From Takakia lepidozioides (Eukaryota > Plantae > Bryophyta), in NCBI GenBank assembly GCA_030704615.1, contig CM060731.1, forward strand, positions 13,950,001 to 14,014,000: a DNA stretch of 64,000 bases, read 5' to 3'. Each line of letters opens with the position of its first letter. Position 1 is the first letter of the stretch. Made by a program: the position numbers and the translations under genes. This document shows positions 12,214-23,244 of the stretch, piece after piece. The notes below the pieces were generated by a model, which was not told the DNA's origin, did not search any database, and was given only the letters and a program-made list of their open reading frames with translations.

Positions 12214-14073
12214 TTACGTATTAAACGGCAAAGTTCGAATTTCAAATGGAGGTTTAGTGTGAATACCTTGAATGGAGGTGGGACGACAACCACAAATAGA
12301 TATCCGTGCTGCCGGATAGTCAGATAGTTTCTTGAAGAAAGTGATGAGTTGCCTCAGGTCCATTGACATTGGTGGAACCATCCTTAGTTGCTGCTCTTCT
12401 TTCTCCCATACAACGATGGAAGAAAGTACACGTGCAATGACAAGTTGAAGCTCTAGGTATTGACCAGCCGTGATTGTTGCGGAGTACCAAAGAGCAATGA
12501 CTGTCTCCACTGCTGCAGGTCCCCGAGTGACGAGGAGCATCATGATCAAGAGATTGCGGGCCGCAGCCACAGGTGAACTACTTTTCGAATTTATTATATG
12601 CATAACAGTCGATTTCTGAATGAAGCGGGTACCTCGCTCAGGGTCTCAATCACGGAGTTCAAGTCGACACACCCATCGAACACTAGACGAACGTCATTGT
12701 CCCTCAATTCGCTCTCGAGCTTGAGAGTTTGGGGATGAAGAATACCATAGGCCGGTCGGTCTTCCCAGATTTCTGGAAGAGAATCACTTTTCTCAATCTC
12801 GTCTTCGATGCCTGTATATTTGAAAAAGAAAACTTTAGAGAAACCGTAATTTCTGAGGGATAAAGATGGAAGCTAGAATGGTGCCACAACAGATTGAACT
12901 GTTGATTAAATCTGGCCCAGACCCCATGCACATTTCACGAAGGTTTATGGGTGCAATGTTTTGGTGCCATTCAAATGCCTTACTATTTGTACAGACAGGT
13001 CGTATTTAGAACAAGTTGCTGGGCTGATACATGTCGTACTGAAACTTTCATATATTCTTGAGACATTTCACGAGTAATCGTGGTAATAATCAAGAGTAGT
13101 GCTGCAACAGTCCTAGTTGATTTCACAAATTCTTTAATGAATACCTTCTGGCTTGCCATCCTGATGCTGATCAGTCCCACAGGCGCTATCCGTCGCTTTC
13201 TGGCATTCATCTTTGTGCTTCCGCTCCCAGTGCTCTGTCTGGCATTTTTCGCTGCAGTAGCTCACCAGATTGCACTTTTTGCACCAAGAATCTCCCGCGT
13301 TCAAACACCTTTCTCCCTCCACGTCCAGCCAATTGCTGCAAGAGGGGAAGTGGAGTGGTCAAAACGGTTGCAGGATACAGGCCATGGCACTCGATCAGGT
13401 TCACGACCGCGTACAAAAACTCGTTTAATACAGCTGGAGTGTTGTTCTTCACTGCCTTCGGACCACTTGATCTACTAGTTCCACCAGAAGTACTGGCAGT
13501 TTGTGAATCCTGCACCGCGCTTGAATCATCTGGAGCCAGATAAAAACCAGTTTCGTCACAATCTTTGTATTCTCCATAAACAAGCAGTTTCATTGACGGA
13601 TGCCGCAACAAAAACGCTGAGATCGCATTCTTCTTGGTTTTCACAGAGGCCATTTTTTCCAAAAATTTCTTGAGATCTTCTATTGTAGCGTCCTCAGTAT
13701 GTTCGAGGTATATCCTCCATGCTGCAGCCGCACGCGCCGTAAGGAGAACAGCAAGCTCGTCAGGCCCGTCATCGCCATTGTCTTCTTCCAACGGAGGCAT
13801 GTCATCATCTCCTAGCCACACTCTAATGTCACCAACCAGAACGGAATTGACATAGTACAGGGGTGTTTCAGATTCAGGTTGAACAGAGGCCATGATCCCG
13901 TCATGGCCACTGTCTTCCTCCAACGGAGGCATGTCATCATCCAGTACGGAATTGACATGATCATCTACTATTTCTGGAGAAGCCAGTTCAAGATTACCTC
14001 GCGTACTGGGCTCTACTGCAGAAGCCTTCTGTGATCTAGATAGAAGCCACTGGTTCATTGTCATTGTGGGCAA
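12214..14073 (-). pseudogene. MYND zinc finger + DUF4470-like protein, frameshifted
   Basis: CKKCNLVSYCSEKCQTEHWERKHKDEC (MYND) in 13134-13322; AAARNLLIMMLL...IALWYSA (DUF4470-like) in 12214-12603; several frame breaks. Confidence 0.65.
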
Positions 14074-15128
14074 GAAATTCAGTGACAGGCTGCTGCGTGC
14101 AAATCAAGGCTGACGTCCTACTCTCCTTCCTGAAGGATTATATCAGAAGTAAGAACCTGGACAACCCGGCCATATGAAGATCAGGTCTGCATGTGAGGGC
14201 CGAATGTGCACCTCGAAAACCCAGGTTCGACAGAGAGGCGTCCCGAGGAATCTACACTGTGCTACTCTTGTTCAAAAAGCTCTGTTATCTCACTAGACGG
14301 CACGCCGACTTGACTTATGTGGGAGAGGTGACCAAACTGCAGATTGACAATTTAAGATGATCAATATCATGCGGCATGTCGTCGGAGAGTCGAGTTGTAG
14401 AGACAACCAATTGCAATTTGAATTGGAAACGGTCATCTACCAAACCTGACCTTGGCGCTCGCCAAACGGTCATCTGCATGGGCAGCCAGAGAAACCGATT
14501 TCCTTCGGGCTGGTCATGTGCCCTGTCTGCCCCTTCGTTTGAACCTCTCCTCACTCTCCGACGTTTGAAGCCATTAATGCAGCGGTTTCTTGCAATCCTG
14601 GATTTAGGGTTGAGCAATGGGTCACATAATCAAAACATGCTGCACATCGTAAAAGGTCCGCAGCTCAAAGACAAATTCGAGAGAACAGACCATTCAGTTA
14701 GACCATCTCAGACGCAGATCGCAGACCCATGAGCGTTACCATTCAGAGATGCACTTTGTGCACGCCGAAGTTTGAAACTTTCACAGATTCGCTGGGTCCA
14801 CAGCATTTGAAGTAATATTGTATGAGGAGCTCTTAAGTAAATAATGTATGTTAAGCTCGCATTCATAGAGACGCACATATTTCCTCAAGCACGATGTGAT
14901 CCATGATAGGAGCCATGAATATTCACACACATACCTGATTGCTTTGCTTCTATAAAATCCAGATATAGCTCAAAATTTTCGATGATATTTTGCCATGGTT
15001 CAATGGCATGGTACGCTAGTGTCGATTTCTGCTTGAGATTTTGAGATCATGTCAGCCTAAGTTGCCGTTGCAATCATCAGGGGATAAATCCTCGCCATTA
15101 TCCATCATCGTGTCATACATATGCATTA

Positions 15129-16750
15129 TCAATATAGTGGGTGCAGTAGGATTTCCGCAAAACGGCATAGTTGCAGGTGCTCCTCTTGCAACTCCAATTT
15201 TATGGAATTTTTTGTGTGCTGACGAAGGGACTGGGTCCAATGAAAGAGACAAGTGCGTTCCCGGCCTTGCATTGGTATTTTCGGGTCACCAGAGCCAAAC
15301 ACAGTCCGCACAACATTCCAATTAGCTTGTGCACTGTCTGCCATGAACCCTGTGAAATTTGCATCTGGCAAACCATGAACTCTCATGACGTTAACTAGAG
15401 CCTTCCACATAAGAATTTGGGACTCTGTGTCCTCCGACTGCATGTCACAAACAACAATAGTTATAACTCGCTGGTACGTAGGATCATACACATGACAGGC
15501 CATGGTCGTCCAATCCTTCACTCGCTTCACGTGATCAAACATTACCCAGGACTTATGAAGATCACCCCCGGCCTGCATTCTACGCACCAGGCTAACTCCA
15601 GAACCCTCCGCAACAGTGGACATCTTGAACAAGTATACTTTTGGGGACCCCTGTCCTGGGAAAACACTGTCCTGGATGAAGTCGTATCGACTTCTGCGCT
15701 TCAATTCTAAGATGTTATCTACGTATCCTTTGTTGCTTGCCCCAGTCCTAAGGACGTTGATTTGATAACGAACATTTGGTTAAGCCAATGTTGAGAAATG
15801 GTCCATCAGAAAGTCAAGCGATGCACTATCAAACTTAGTCGTTGTCTCGTCTGACTCCCCCAGCAGATGTTTGTGCAGGAAGCCTTTGTTTGCTGCCATA
15901 GCAATGGCTGATGGTGATGCAGTGGGAGCATTTTGAAATTTTTGCTGAAGCAGCGAACGCACTGTCTCAACACTCCCCCTGCAATCTCCTCGCGACACTG
16001 GATGGGCATGGGTGCCAAAATGGATACAAGCCCGTGTGAGGTGGTTGATATGGTGTAGCACGTAATACATCCGTGCATTGCATTCCGCCATGCATTGTGG
16101 CACGACTTTGCAAAACTTGCAAACGACGGAACTGCTCTTTGGAGGAGCACACCCTACTTGAAATGGGTTGTCGTAGACTCCCTCCCACTCCGTCTCATTT
16201 GCCACACCGGCCATTTGGAAATGCTGGCAATCTGAATTTGCACAACGTAAGTGCCCAGCGCAAATGGATCTCCGAAACTTCAGGCCATGTGGATTACAGA
16301 TATTGGAAGTTTTAGTCCGACACCATGGTTGTCCATCGTGTTTCTTGTCCATGCCCGCCATGAGTCCAGCCAAACCTCCACATGACGTCGGAGGTGGCAG
16401 TTCAAAAACGATGTCTCCATCAAAGTAATGGGGTAGAAATTTTCGCTCTTTTGGATCCGCTGTGTTTCCCAACAATGCCTCTCACATCGCTCTTGCATCC
16501 TGGCAATCCCTCAACGACTGCAACTTGGGAATGACACTAATGATCTCCTGGACATCATGGTCTACCAGTATAGGAGGGTTCGTAGGAAGAGGGACCTCCG
16601 TGACATCGTCTTCCGAACTGTCCGAGAGCTCGACAAATGTCGTGGAGGTAGTTTCTTCTGTCTTGATGGGGACCGACTTTGGCGCCTGCGCCACCGAAGC
16701 TGCTGTTCCAGGCGTGAATATAGTGTCCGATGAAAGGCGTCTCTGATCTC
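15129..16750 (-). pseudogene. Mutator (MULE) transposase with Cys/His-rich GCM/WRKY-like DNA-binding region, 3'-truncated
   Basis: WVMFDHVK...VCDMQSED...GFMADSAQA...CLFHW (MULE D..D plus CxxH); upstream CAGHLRC...CKFC...CNAR...HFGTHAHP; stops and frameshifts. Confidence 0.75.
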
Positions 16751-17214
16751 CATGAACGCGGTACTTGGCGGGTGAAACTCTCTACTCTCTTCGACTATCC
16801 CGTTTATGCGGCTTCTGAACCTGCGTTCCCTCGACCTTCCCACTACTGTCATACACCTCTCGGACCACATGGACGGTCCCTGGCTCAAAGCGGAATGTTA
16901 TGCAAATCAAATCCTCCTCAACAACGGCCAGGCCATTGTCGTCGGCCACGGCGCTCAGGTACTCGGCTTACAGAGGGGAGTACAGTGTTACCACATCTGA
17001 GGTGGGAGACATGGGACGCATGGACTGGGATGAAGCACACTGGACAATGTGGGGGACTCCTATTCTGTATTCATACTGTTTATCTTCGCACAGTATACTT
17101 TCTCTTTTCCATCATTCTCATGATAATCTTGCAGCGTTTCGCCGCCCTAAAAACAGCTCAACAGTATTAAGAATTACGAGGGTGCGTTCAATTTTCTGAC
17201 AATGACATATTTCC

Positions 17215-17395
17215 CTCGGACAAACCTGCAGCCTTACATTCCACCTCGCAGAAGCTCAAAAACAATACAAAGAGTATGCAGATCAACATCGTCAACTCCA
17301 ACCCCAGTTCAAGGTCGGAGATCGTGTGTGGCTTCTTCGACGAGACATACAAACCTCGCGACCATCAAGGAAATTGGATTATCAACGTCTGGGCC
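17215..17395 (+). mobile_element. Left fragment of host chromovirus (Tcn1-like Gypsy) integrase C-terminus
   Basis: Translates as FKVGDRVWLLRRDIQTSRPSRKLDYQRLG and resumes as PFKII...FRLELP at 30105 (split GPF motif). Confidence 0.85.
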
Positions 17396-17722
17396 TGTCA
17401 AGTTATTTTACCACTAGTGTGAAACTAGCTAGGAAATAGCTAGCTTTTACATATTGACATTTGGGATTGGCCCAAGTGTCAATCCAGGGGTCAAGGCAGA
17501 TTTAGGCCCTGGAGTGGTTATCTTCACGGCAAGCGTGGGAGGCTCATCTTTCTCGAGTTGAGCCTCACCGCGCCTAGCTATGGCGCCGTAGTGTGGATTC
17601 CCCATGGCGTGGGGTGCACTTGGCTTGACTTGTATTTGAGTGATGAGGTTATATATGCATGAGTTTATGCTTCAGCTTTGTGAGCTCGCATGAGCTTGTG
17701 CTTGTATTCTTCTTCTTTATCA
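17396..17722 (+). repeat. Terminal repeat A1 (327 bp, TGTCA...ATCA)
   Basis: Same sequence as 29587-29913; immediately followed by the PBS. Confidence 0.95.
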
Positions 17723-17738
17723 CTCGAGAAAGATGAGC
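17722..17738 (+). promoter_or_regulatory. Self-priming primer-binding site
   Basis: actcgagaaagatgagc is the exact reverse complement of gctcatctttctcgagt at 17542-17558 in A1; lacks the TGG start of tRNA PBSs. Confidence 0.85.
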
Positions 17739-18329
17739 TCGTATCTGTGAGTGCCAGATACGAGTTAGTTGTAGCACTTGTGGTTTTTGCTTGAGAATGA
17801 GAGAAACCAAGTTGTTATGCAAGGAGCACCATGGAGCTCTTGGTTGTTAGAAGCGGAGGCGATGTGGTTTACGAGGTGGTAGACCTTGGCATTCGCTCTT
17901 CAGCTTCAGAGATGAAAGCACCATGCTGCAGGTAATTCCAGAGCACCTTGATGGTCTCAGATTGTGTACATGCATGAGCAAGCACGATTGGGAAGAGGAC
18001 CAGTCAAGAGCAAGTTATAGTGGCTTTGGGGTGCAAAGCTGAGAACTGGACCTGGGAATGCGAGCTTTCATTGTGTGAAGGATTGCAAGACCAAGCGAAA
18101 GGGCTGATTTGGCTTGGGGCAAATCAATGCACTTTGTGGAGTATGGTGAGATTGGGTTTCAATCTCGAGCTTCAGCATTGAGAGGGCTCTTGTCATGGCG
18201 AGAGCAGGGCTGGAACAGGAGCTAAGAGGTGCGGCAAGGCCATGGAATGTGCACCTGGGGTTTCAGAGCTTGGAAGACGAGCTCTTGCACCACAAGAGAA
18301 GTGTCTTGTGGCTGGAAATGTAAGCCTTA

Positions 18330-18930
18330 GGGTTTCAGGAGCTTGGCAAAGGCTGTGGAGTGCTTAGTCTTGTCTTAGAGAGCATCAAGGAGCCAAGGAG
18401 CCAAGATAGGGGGCTGATATCTCTTGTGTGAAGAGGTTGCATGTGTGGAGCATGTATTCAGCTCATTGAAGCTTCCATCTTCAAGCTTGGAGGGCAAGCA
18501 AGGAAGAGGGAAGGGCTGACTTCCCTTATGTGAGGGCAATGTATATGTGGAGCATGCTATCAGCCTGGTGAAGGCTTGCACTTTTAGGTGTGGGAGTGCA
18601 AGAAAGGAAGGAAGGGGCTGGTTTCCCTGTAGGGCATGTAGAGCATGCTTTCAGCCTGCTGAAGCTTGTATTATCAGGTTTGTGGGTGCAAGAAATGAAG
18701 CAAAGGAGCTGATTCTCTTATGGTGAGAGTGGGGCATGTGTGGAGCATGCCTTCAGCCCATTGAGGCTCTTGTTTTCAAGCCTTAGAGAGCTAGAACGGA
18801 AGGTCTAGGGCTGGTTTCCACTTGGAGTGAAAGAACAGCACTTGTAGGGCCTATGTGAGTTGGGGTTTCAACTTCAAGCTTGAAGGGAGCGCAACTCTTG
18901 AAGCAACAGGTGTAGAGGGCTGGAATAGGC
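18330..18930 (+). repeat. Degenerate ~90-105 bp repeats in the 5' leader
   Basis: Recurrent (g)gagcatgc(t)..cagc..gaagctt..gggtgcaag..gggctg motif, about 5-6 copies. Confidence 0.6.
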
Positions 18931-19260
18931 TCTAAGACAGATGCTATGGCCAATGAGGGAGTGCTTGAATGAGTGCTCACAAGGGCTGGGAACCAGCAGG
19001 GCTTGGTTGTTTTGCCATTGAGTTTAGTGGCGTGTTTGGGGAGGTTAAGTGAGAAAGAAGGCTTGGTTTGTGGCAACCACCTCATGGCTTAGGGCTACTA
19101 TGGTGGTGTGTGGGAGCCGAAAGAGCAAAGATACCTTGCTGATTTCCTCACAGCCACCATAGCTCGGTGGAAAGAAGCCTAGAGTCCAAGAGACACAAAC
19201 CCTAGCTTGGCGTGGCTAAACCCCTTGGAGAAATGGCTAAACTGCCAGAGCGGCCATGTG

Positions 19261-21545
19261 TGGGGCTGTGTCAGGCTGTGGCAAGCTGTGACGGGCTGTG
19301 ACGGGCTGTGTCAGGCTGTGGCGAGCTGTGACTGGGGTGACGGGCTGTGGCAAGCTGTGACAGGCTGTGCCCTGTGCCCTGGGGCTGTGACGGGCTGTGT
19401 CAGGCTGTGACAGGCTGTGCCCAGTGGCCTTTTGGGGCTGTGACGGGCTGTGCGGGCTGTGACAGGCTGTGCCCTGAGGCCTGTGGGCTGTGACGGGCTG
19501 TGACAGGCTGTGCCCATGGCCTTTGGGGCTGTGATGGCTGTGAGGGGGCTGTGACAGGCCGTGCCTGAGGCCTTTGAGGCTGTGATGGGCTGTGATGGGC
19601 TGTGATAGGCTGTGACAGGCTGTGCCCTGTGCCCTGTGGGGCTGTGACGGGCTGTGTCAGGCTGTGACAGGCTGAGCCCATGGCCTTTGGGGCTGTGACG
19701 GGCTGTGCGGGGCTGTGACAGGCTGTGCCCATGGCCTTTGGGGCTGTGATGGGCTGTGAGGGGCTGTGACAGGCCGTGCCTGAGGCCTTTGAGGCTGTGA
19801 TGGGCTGTGATGGGCTGTGACAGGCTGTGCCCTGTGCCCTGTGGGGCTGTGACGGGCTGTGTCAGGCTGTGACAGGCTGTGCCCAGTGGCCTTTGGGGCT
19901 GTGACGGGCTGTGCGGGGCTGTGACAGGCTGTGCCCTGAGGCCTGTGGGGCTGTGACGGGCTGTGACAGGCTGTGCCCATGGCCTTTGGGGCTGTGATGG
20001 GCTGTGAGGGCTGTGACAGGCCGTGCCTGAGGCCTTTGAGGCTGTGACGGGCTGTGAGGGGCTGTGACAGGCCGTGCCCATGGCCTTTGGGGCTGTGACG
20101 GGCTGTGAGGGGCTGTGACAGGCCGTGCCCATGGCCTTTGGGGCTGTGACGGGCTGTGACGGGCTGTGAGGGGCTGTGACAGGCCGTGCCTGAGGCCTTT
20201 GGGGCTGTGATGGGCTGTGAGGGGTTGTGACAGGCCCTGCCTGAGGCCTTTGGGGCTGTGACGGGCTGTGAGGGGCTGTGACAGGCCGTGCCTGAGGCCT
20301 TTGAGGCTGTGACGGGCTGTGAGGGGCTGTGACAGGCCGTGCCCATGGCCTTTGGGGCTGTGACGGGCTGTGAGGGGCTGTGACAGGCCGCGCCTGAGCC
20401 TTTGGGGCTGTGACGGGCTGTGAGGGGCTGTGACAGGCCGTGCCTGAGGCCTTTGGGGCTGTGATGGGCTGTGACAGGCCGTGCCTGAGGCCTTGAGGCT
20501 GTGACGGGCTGTGAGGGGCTGTGACAGTCCGTGCCTGAGGCCTTTGAGGCTGTGACGGGCTGTGAGGGGCTGTGACAGGCCGTGCCTGAGGCCTTTGAGG
20601 CTGTGACGGGCTGTGAGGGGCTGTGACAGGCCGTGCCCATGGCCTTTGGGGCTGTGACGGGCTGTGACGGGCCGTGCCCATGGCCTTTGGGGCTGTGACG
20701 GGCTGTGAGGGGCTGTGACAGGCCGTGCCTGAGGCCTTTGGGGCTGTGATGGGCTGTGAGGGGCTGTGACAGGCCGTGCCTGAGGCCTTTGGGGCTGTGA
20801 CGGGCTGTGACGGGCTGTGACAGGCCGTGCCTGAGGCCTTTGAGGCTGTGACGGGCTGTGAGGGGCTGTGACAGGCCGTGCCCATGGCCTTTGGGGCTGT
20901 GACGGGCTGTGACGGGCTGTGACAGGCCGTGCCTGAGGCCTTTGGGGCTGTGACGGGCTGTGAGGGGCTGTGACAGGCCGTGCCTGAGCCTTTGGGGCTG
21001 TGATGGGCTGTGACAGGCCGTGCCTGAGGCCTTTGAGGCTGTGACGGGCTGTGAGGGGCTGTGACAGGCCGTGCCCAAGGCCTTTGGGGCTGTGACGGGC
21101 TGTGAGGGGCTGTGACAGGCCGTGCCCATGGCCTTTGGGGCTGTGACGGGCTGTGAGGGGCTGTGACAGGCCGTGCCTGAGGCCTTTGAGGCTGTGACGG
21201 GCTGTGAGGGGCTGTGACAGGCCGTGCCTGAGGCCTTTGAGGCTGTGACGGGCTGTGAGGGGCTGTGACAGGCCGTGCCCATGGCCTTTGGGCTGTGACG
21301 GGCTGTGAGGGGCTGTGACAGGCCGTGCCTGAGGCCTTTGGGCTGTGACGGCTGTGAGGGGCTGTGACAGGCCGTGCCTGAGGCCTTTGGGGCTGTGATG
21401 GGCTGTGACAGGCCGTGCCCATGGCCTTTGGGGCTGTGACGGGCTGTGACAGGCCGTGCCTGAGGCCTTTGGGGCTGTGACGGCTGTGAGGGGCTGTGAC
21501 AGGCTGTGCCCAGTGGCCTGTGGGACTGTGACGGCTGTGACCAGT
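19261..21545 (+). repeat. Minisatellite in the 5' leader: ~10-nt GGGCTGTGA(C) subunits in ~40-60 bp higher-order units
   Basis: Typical unit gcctttggggctgtgacgggctgtgaggggctgtgacaggccgtgcctgag (51 bp), alternating with ccatgg variants. Confidence 0.95.
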
Positions 21546-21830
21546 GAGCTGTGTGGGCCTGTGCTGGTCTGTGGTGGCCCGTGTTGACCTGTGGATGGCC
21601 TGTGCTGACTCGTGGAGGCACTGGTGGACTAAGGACTGGCATGTGGTCTGGAAGGCCGAATTTTGAAGCTCGTGGAGGGCGGTTTGAGGAGTATCTTCAT
21701 GATATTCCCATGGTCATGCAAGTTCAGGTGTAGGCTATGTTAGGAACTTAGTATTCCAAACCATAAGCCGCAACAGGTTCTCTACCCGGTTACCTTGTGG
21801 AGAGGGGGTTAGGGACATGTTCATGACCGG

Positions 21831-23244
21831 TTGAGTGTCAACACGGAGGTGCCACTAGTTGCTGGGGACAGTGCCGGTTCGAGCACTAGCGATACTAGTG
21901 GGTACACGAGACGAGGTGTGCGGTTTAGGCCACCTTCACCTCCTGTGTCTTCCACGGAAGGTTCTGATTCGGATTGTGAATCAGGAGGGCTCATACCGGC
22001 GGTGCAAGTTGTTTCTTTGCCATTGTTGTGGGACACAATGGAGGAGATGTATGGAGCTACCAAGGGGCCACGAAGGTACTCTGGGGCGGTGGGCACCATT
22101 GAGTTGGATGATTTTATCCAAGAGTTTGATAGTTGGTGTGATTTGCAGCAAATGCGCAATCCACAACTATTTACGCCGTTCATGGCATGGAAAGGGCTGT
22201 TTCAGCACCTTGAGGGGCCGCCTATGGATGATTACCATGAGTTCAGGCGGGGGCATGAGGTTGAGATCGAGGAGTGGAGGATGTACTGGTCACCCGACTA
22301 TGTCTCCATCACTAGGGGCACTAGAGCCACGAGGGCAGTGGCTACACCTGCCGCTGCACCGGCAGCTTCAGCAAGTAGCAGTGGGACTGGTGGTACAGTA
22401 GCTACGACGTCCACCCAAGCCACTACCGCACCAGCACTAGCACCCGTGCCTGCCTTCAACCCTGTTGTGGAGTTCTTCGAAGAGTTGAGAGGGAACTACC
22501 AAGGGGTGAGGACAGAGAAGTTGCGGAGCTTGCAAGAGTTCCAACGGAAGCCGACCGAGAGCTTGAGGGAGGCTTTCACTCGCATGAGGCGCTTGATAAA
22601 TGTAACCCAAGGGGTTACGGAAGCTCAGGCAGTCCAATTCTGGTATGGGATATTGGACAAGGAGCTGAGGAGAAGGGTGCGGGATGCAACTCTCCTACAA
22701 GCGGCCCAACCCACCTTAGCAAATGTGTTTTTGCTGGCAGAGCGGATAGAGCTCAACATGGTGGAGGAACGAGTGGTCATGGTGGGATTTGCTAAGGAGA
22801 CACCACGGGGTAGTGGTGCTCCTAGCCAACCACTACCTCAACGTGCTCAAGGCAACAAGGGGGCTCAGGTGAAGCTCAGGGAAGGGCAGAGAGGACCTCA
22901 GATGCAGGGGTCTCTCCCTTCATTTGCTGGCCAACAACGGGCGGATGTGGTGTGCTGGACATGTGGAGGACCCCATGTCAAGAAGGATTGTCCAGAGGGA
23001 GGCAAAGGGCCGGCACATGCACAGCCTGCACAGTTACAGTGTGGGCATTGTGGCAAACACGGGCATGGAGAGGCCAGTGTTATGGTTTGCATCCTGAGTT
23101 GCGCCCAGGCCAGTTCCAAGGGAACAATGGTGGCCGGGGGCGAGGTGGAGCAGCCCAGAGGGACGAGGTGGCCAGCCACGAGGTGCAGGCCAAGGGCAAG
23201 CTCAACGTGGCCAAGGACGCGGAGGTCAGGGTGTTGACCAAGGC
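21831..23244 (+). CDS. gag: Gag with two CCHC zinc knuckles (two 1-bp deletions near 23075 and 23160 relative to the other copy)
   Basis: CWTCGGPHVKKDC; second knuckle CGHCGKHGHGEAQC and an RGG-rich linker are restored in frame using the minus-strand copy (gaggcccagtg vs gaggccagtg). Start codon uncertain. Confidence 0.85.

Noticed and set aside
19311-21642. Long minus-strand ORFs (703 aa and 661 aa)
   Set aside because: Overlapping frames are all open because the minisatellite lacks stops on that strand; variable unit lengths shift the peptide between frames.
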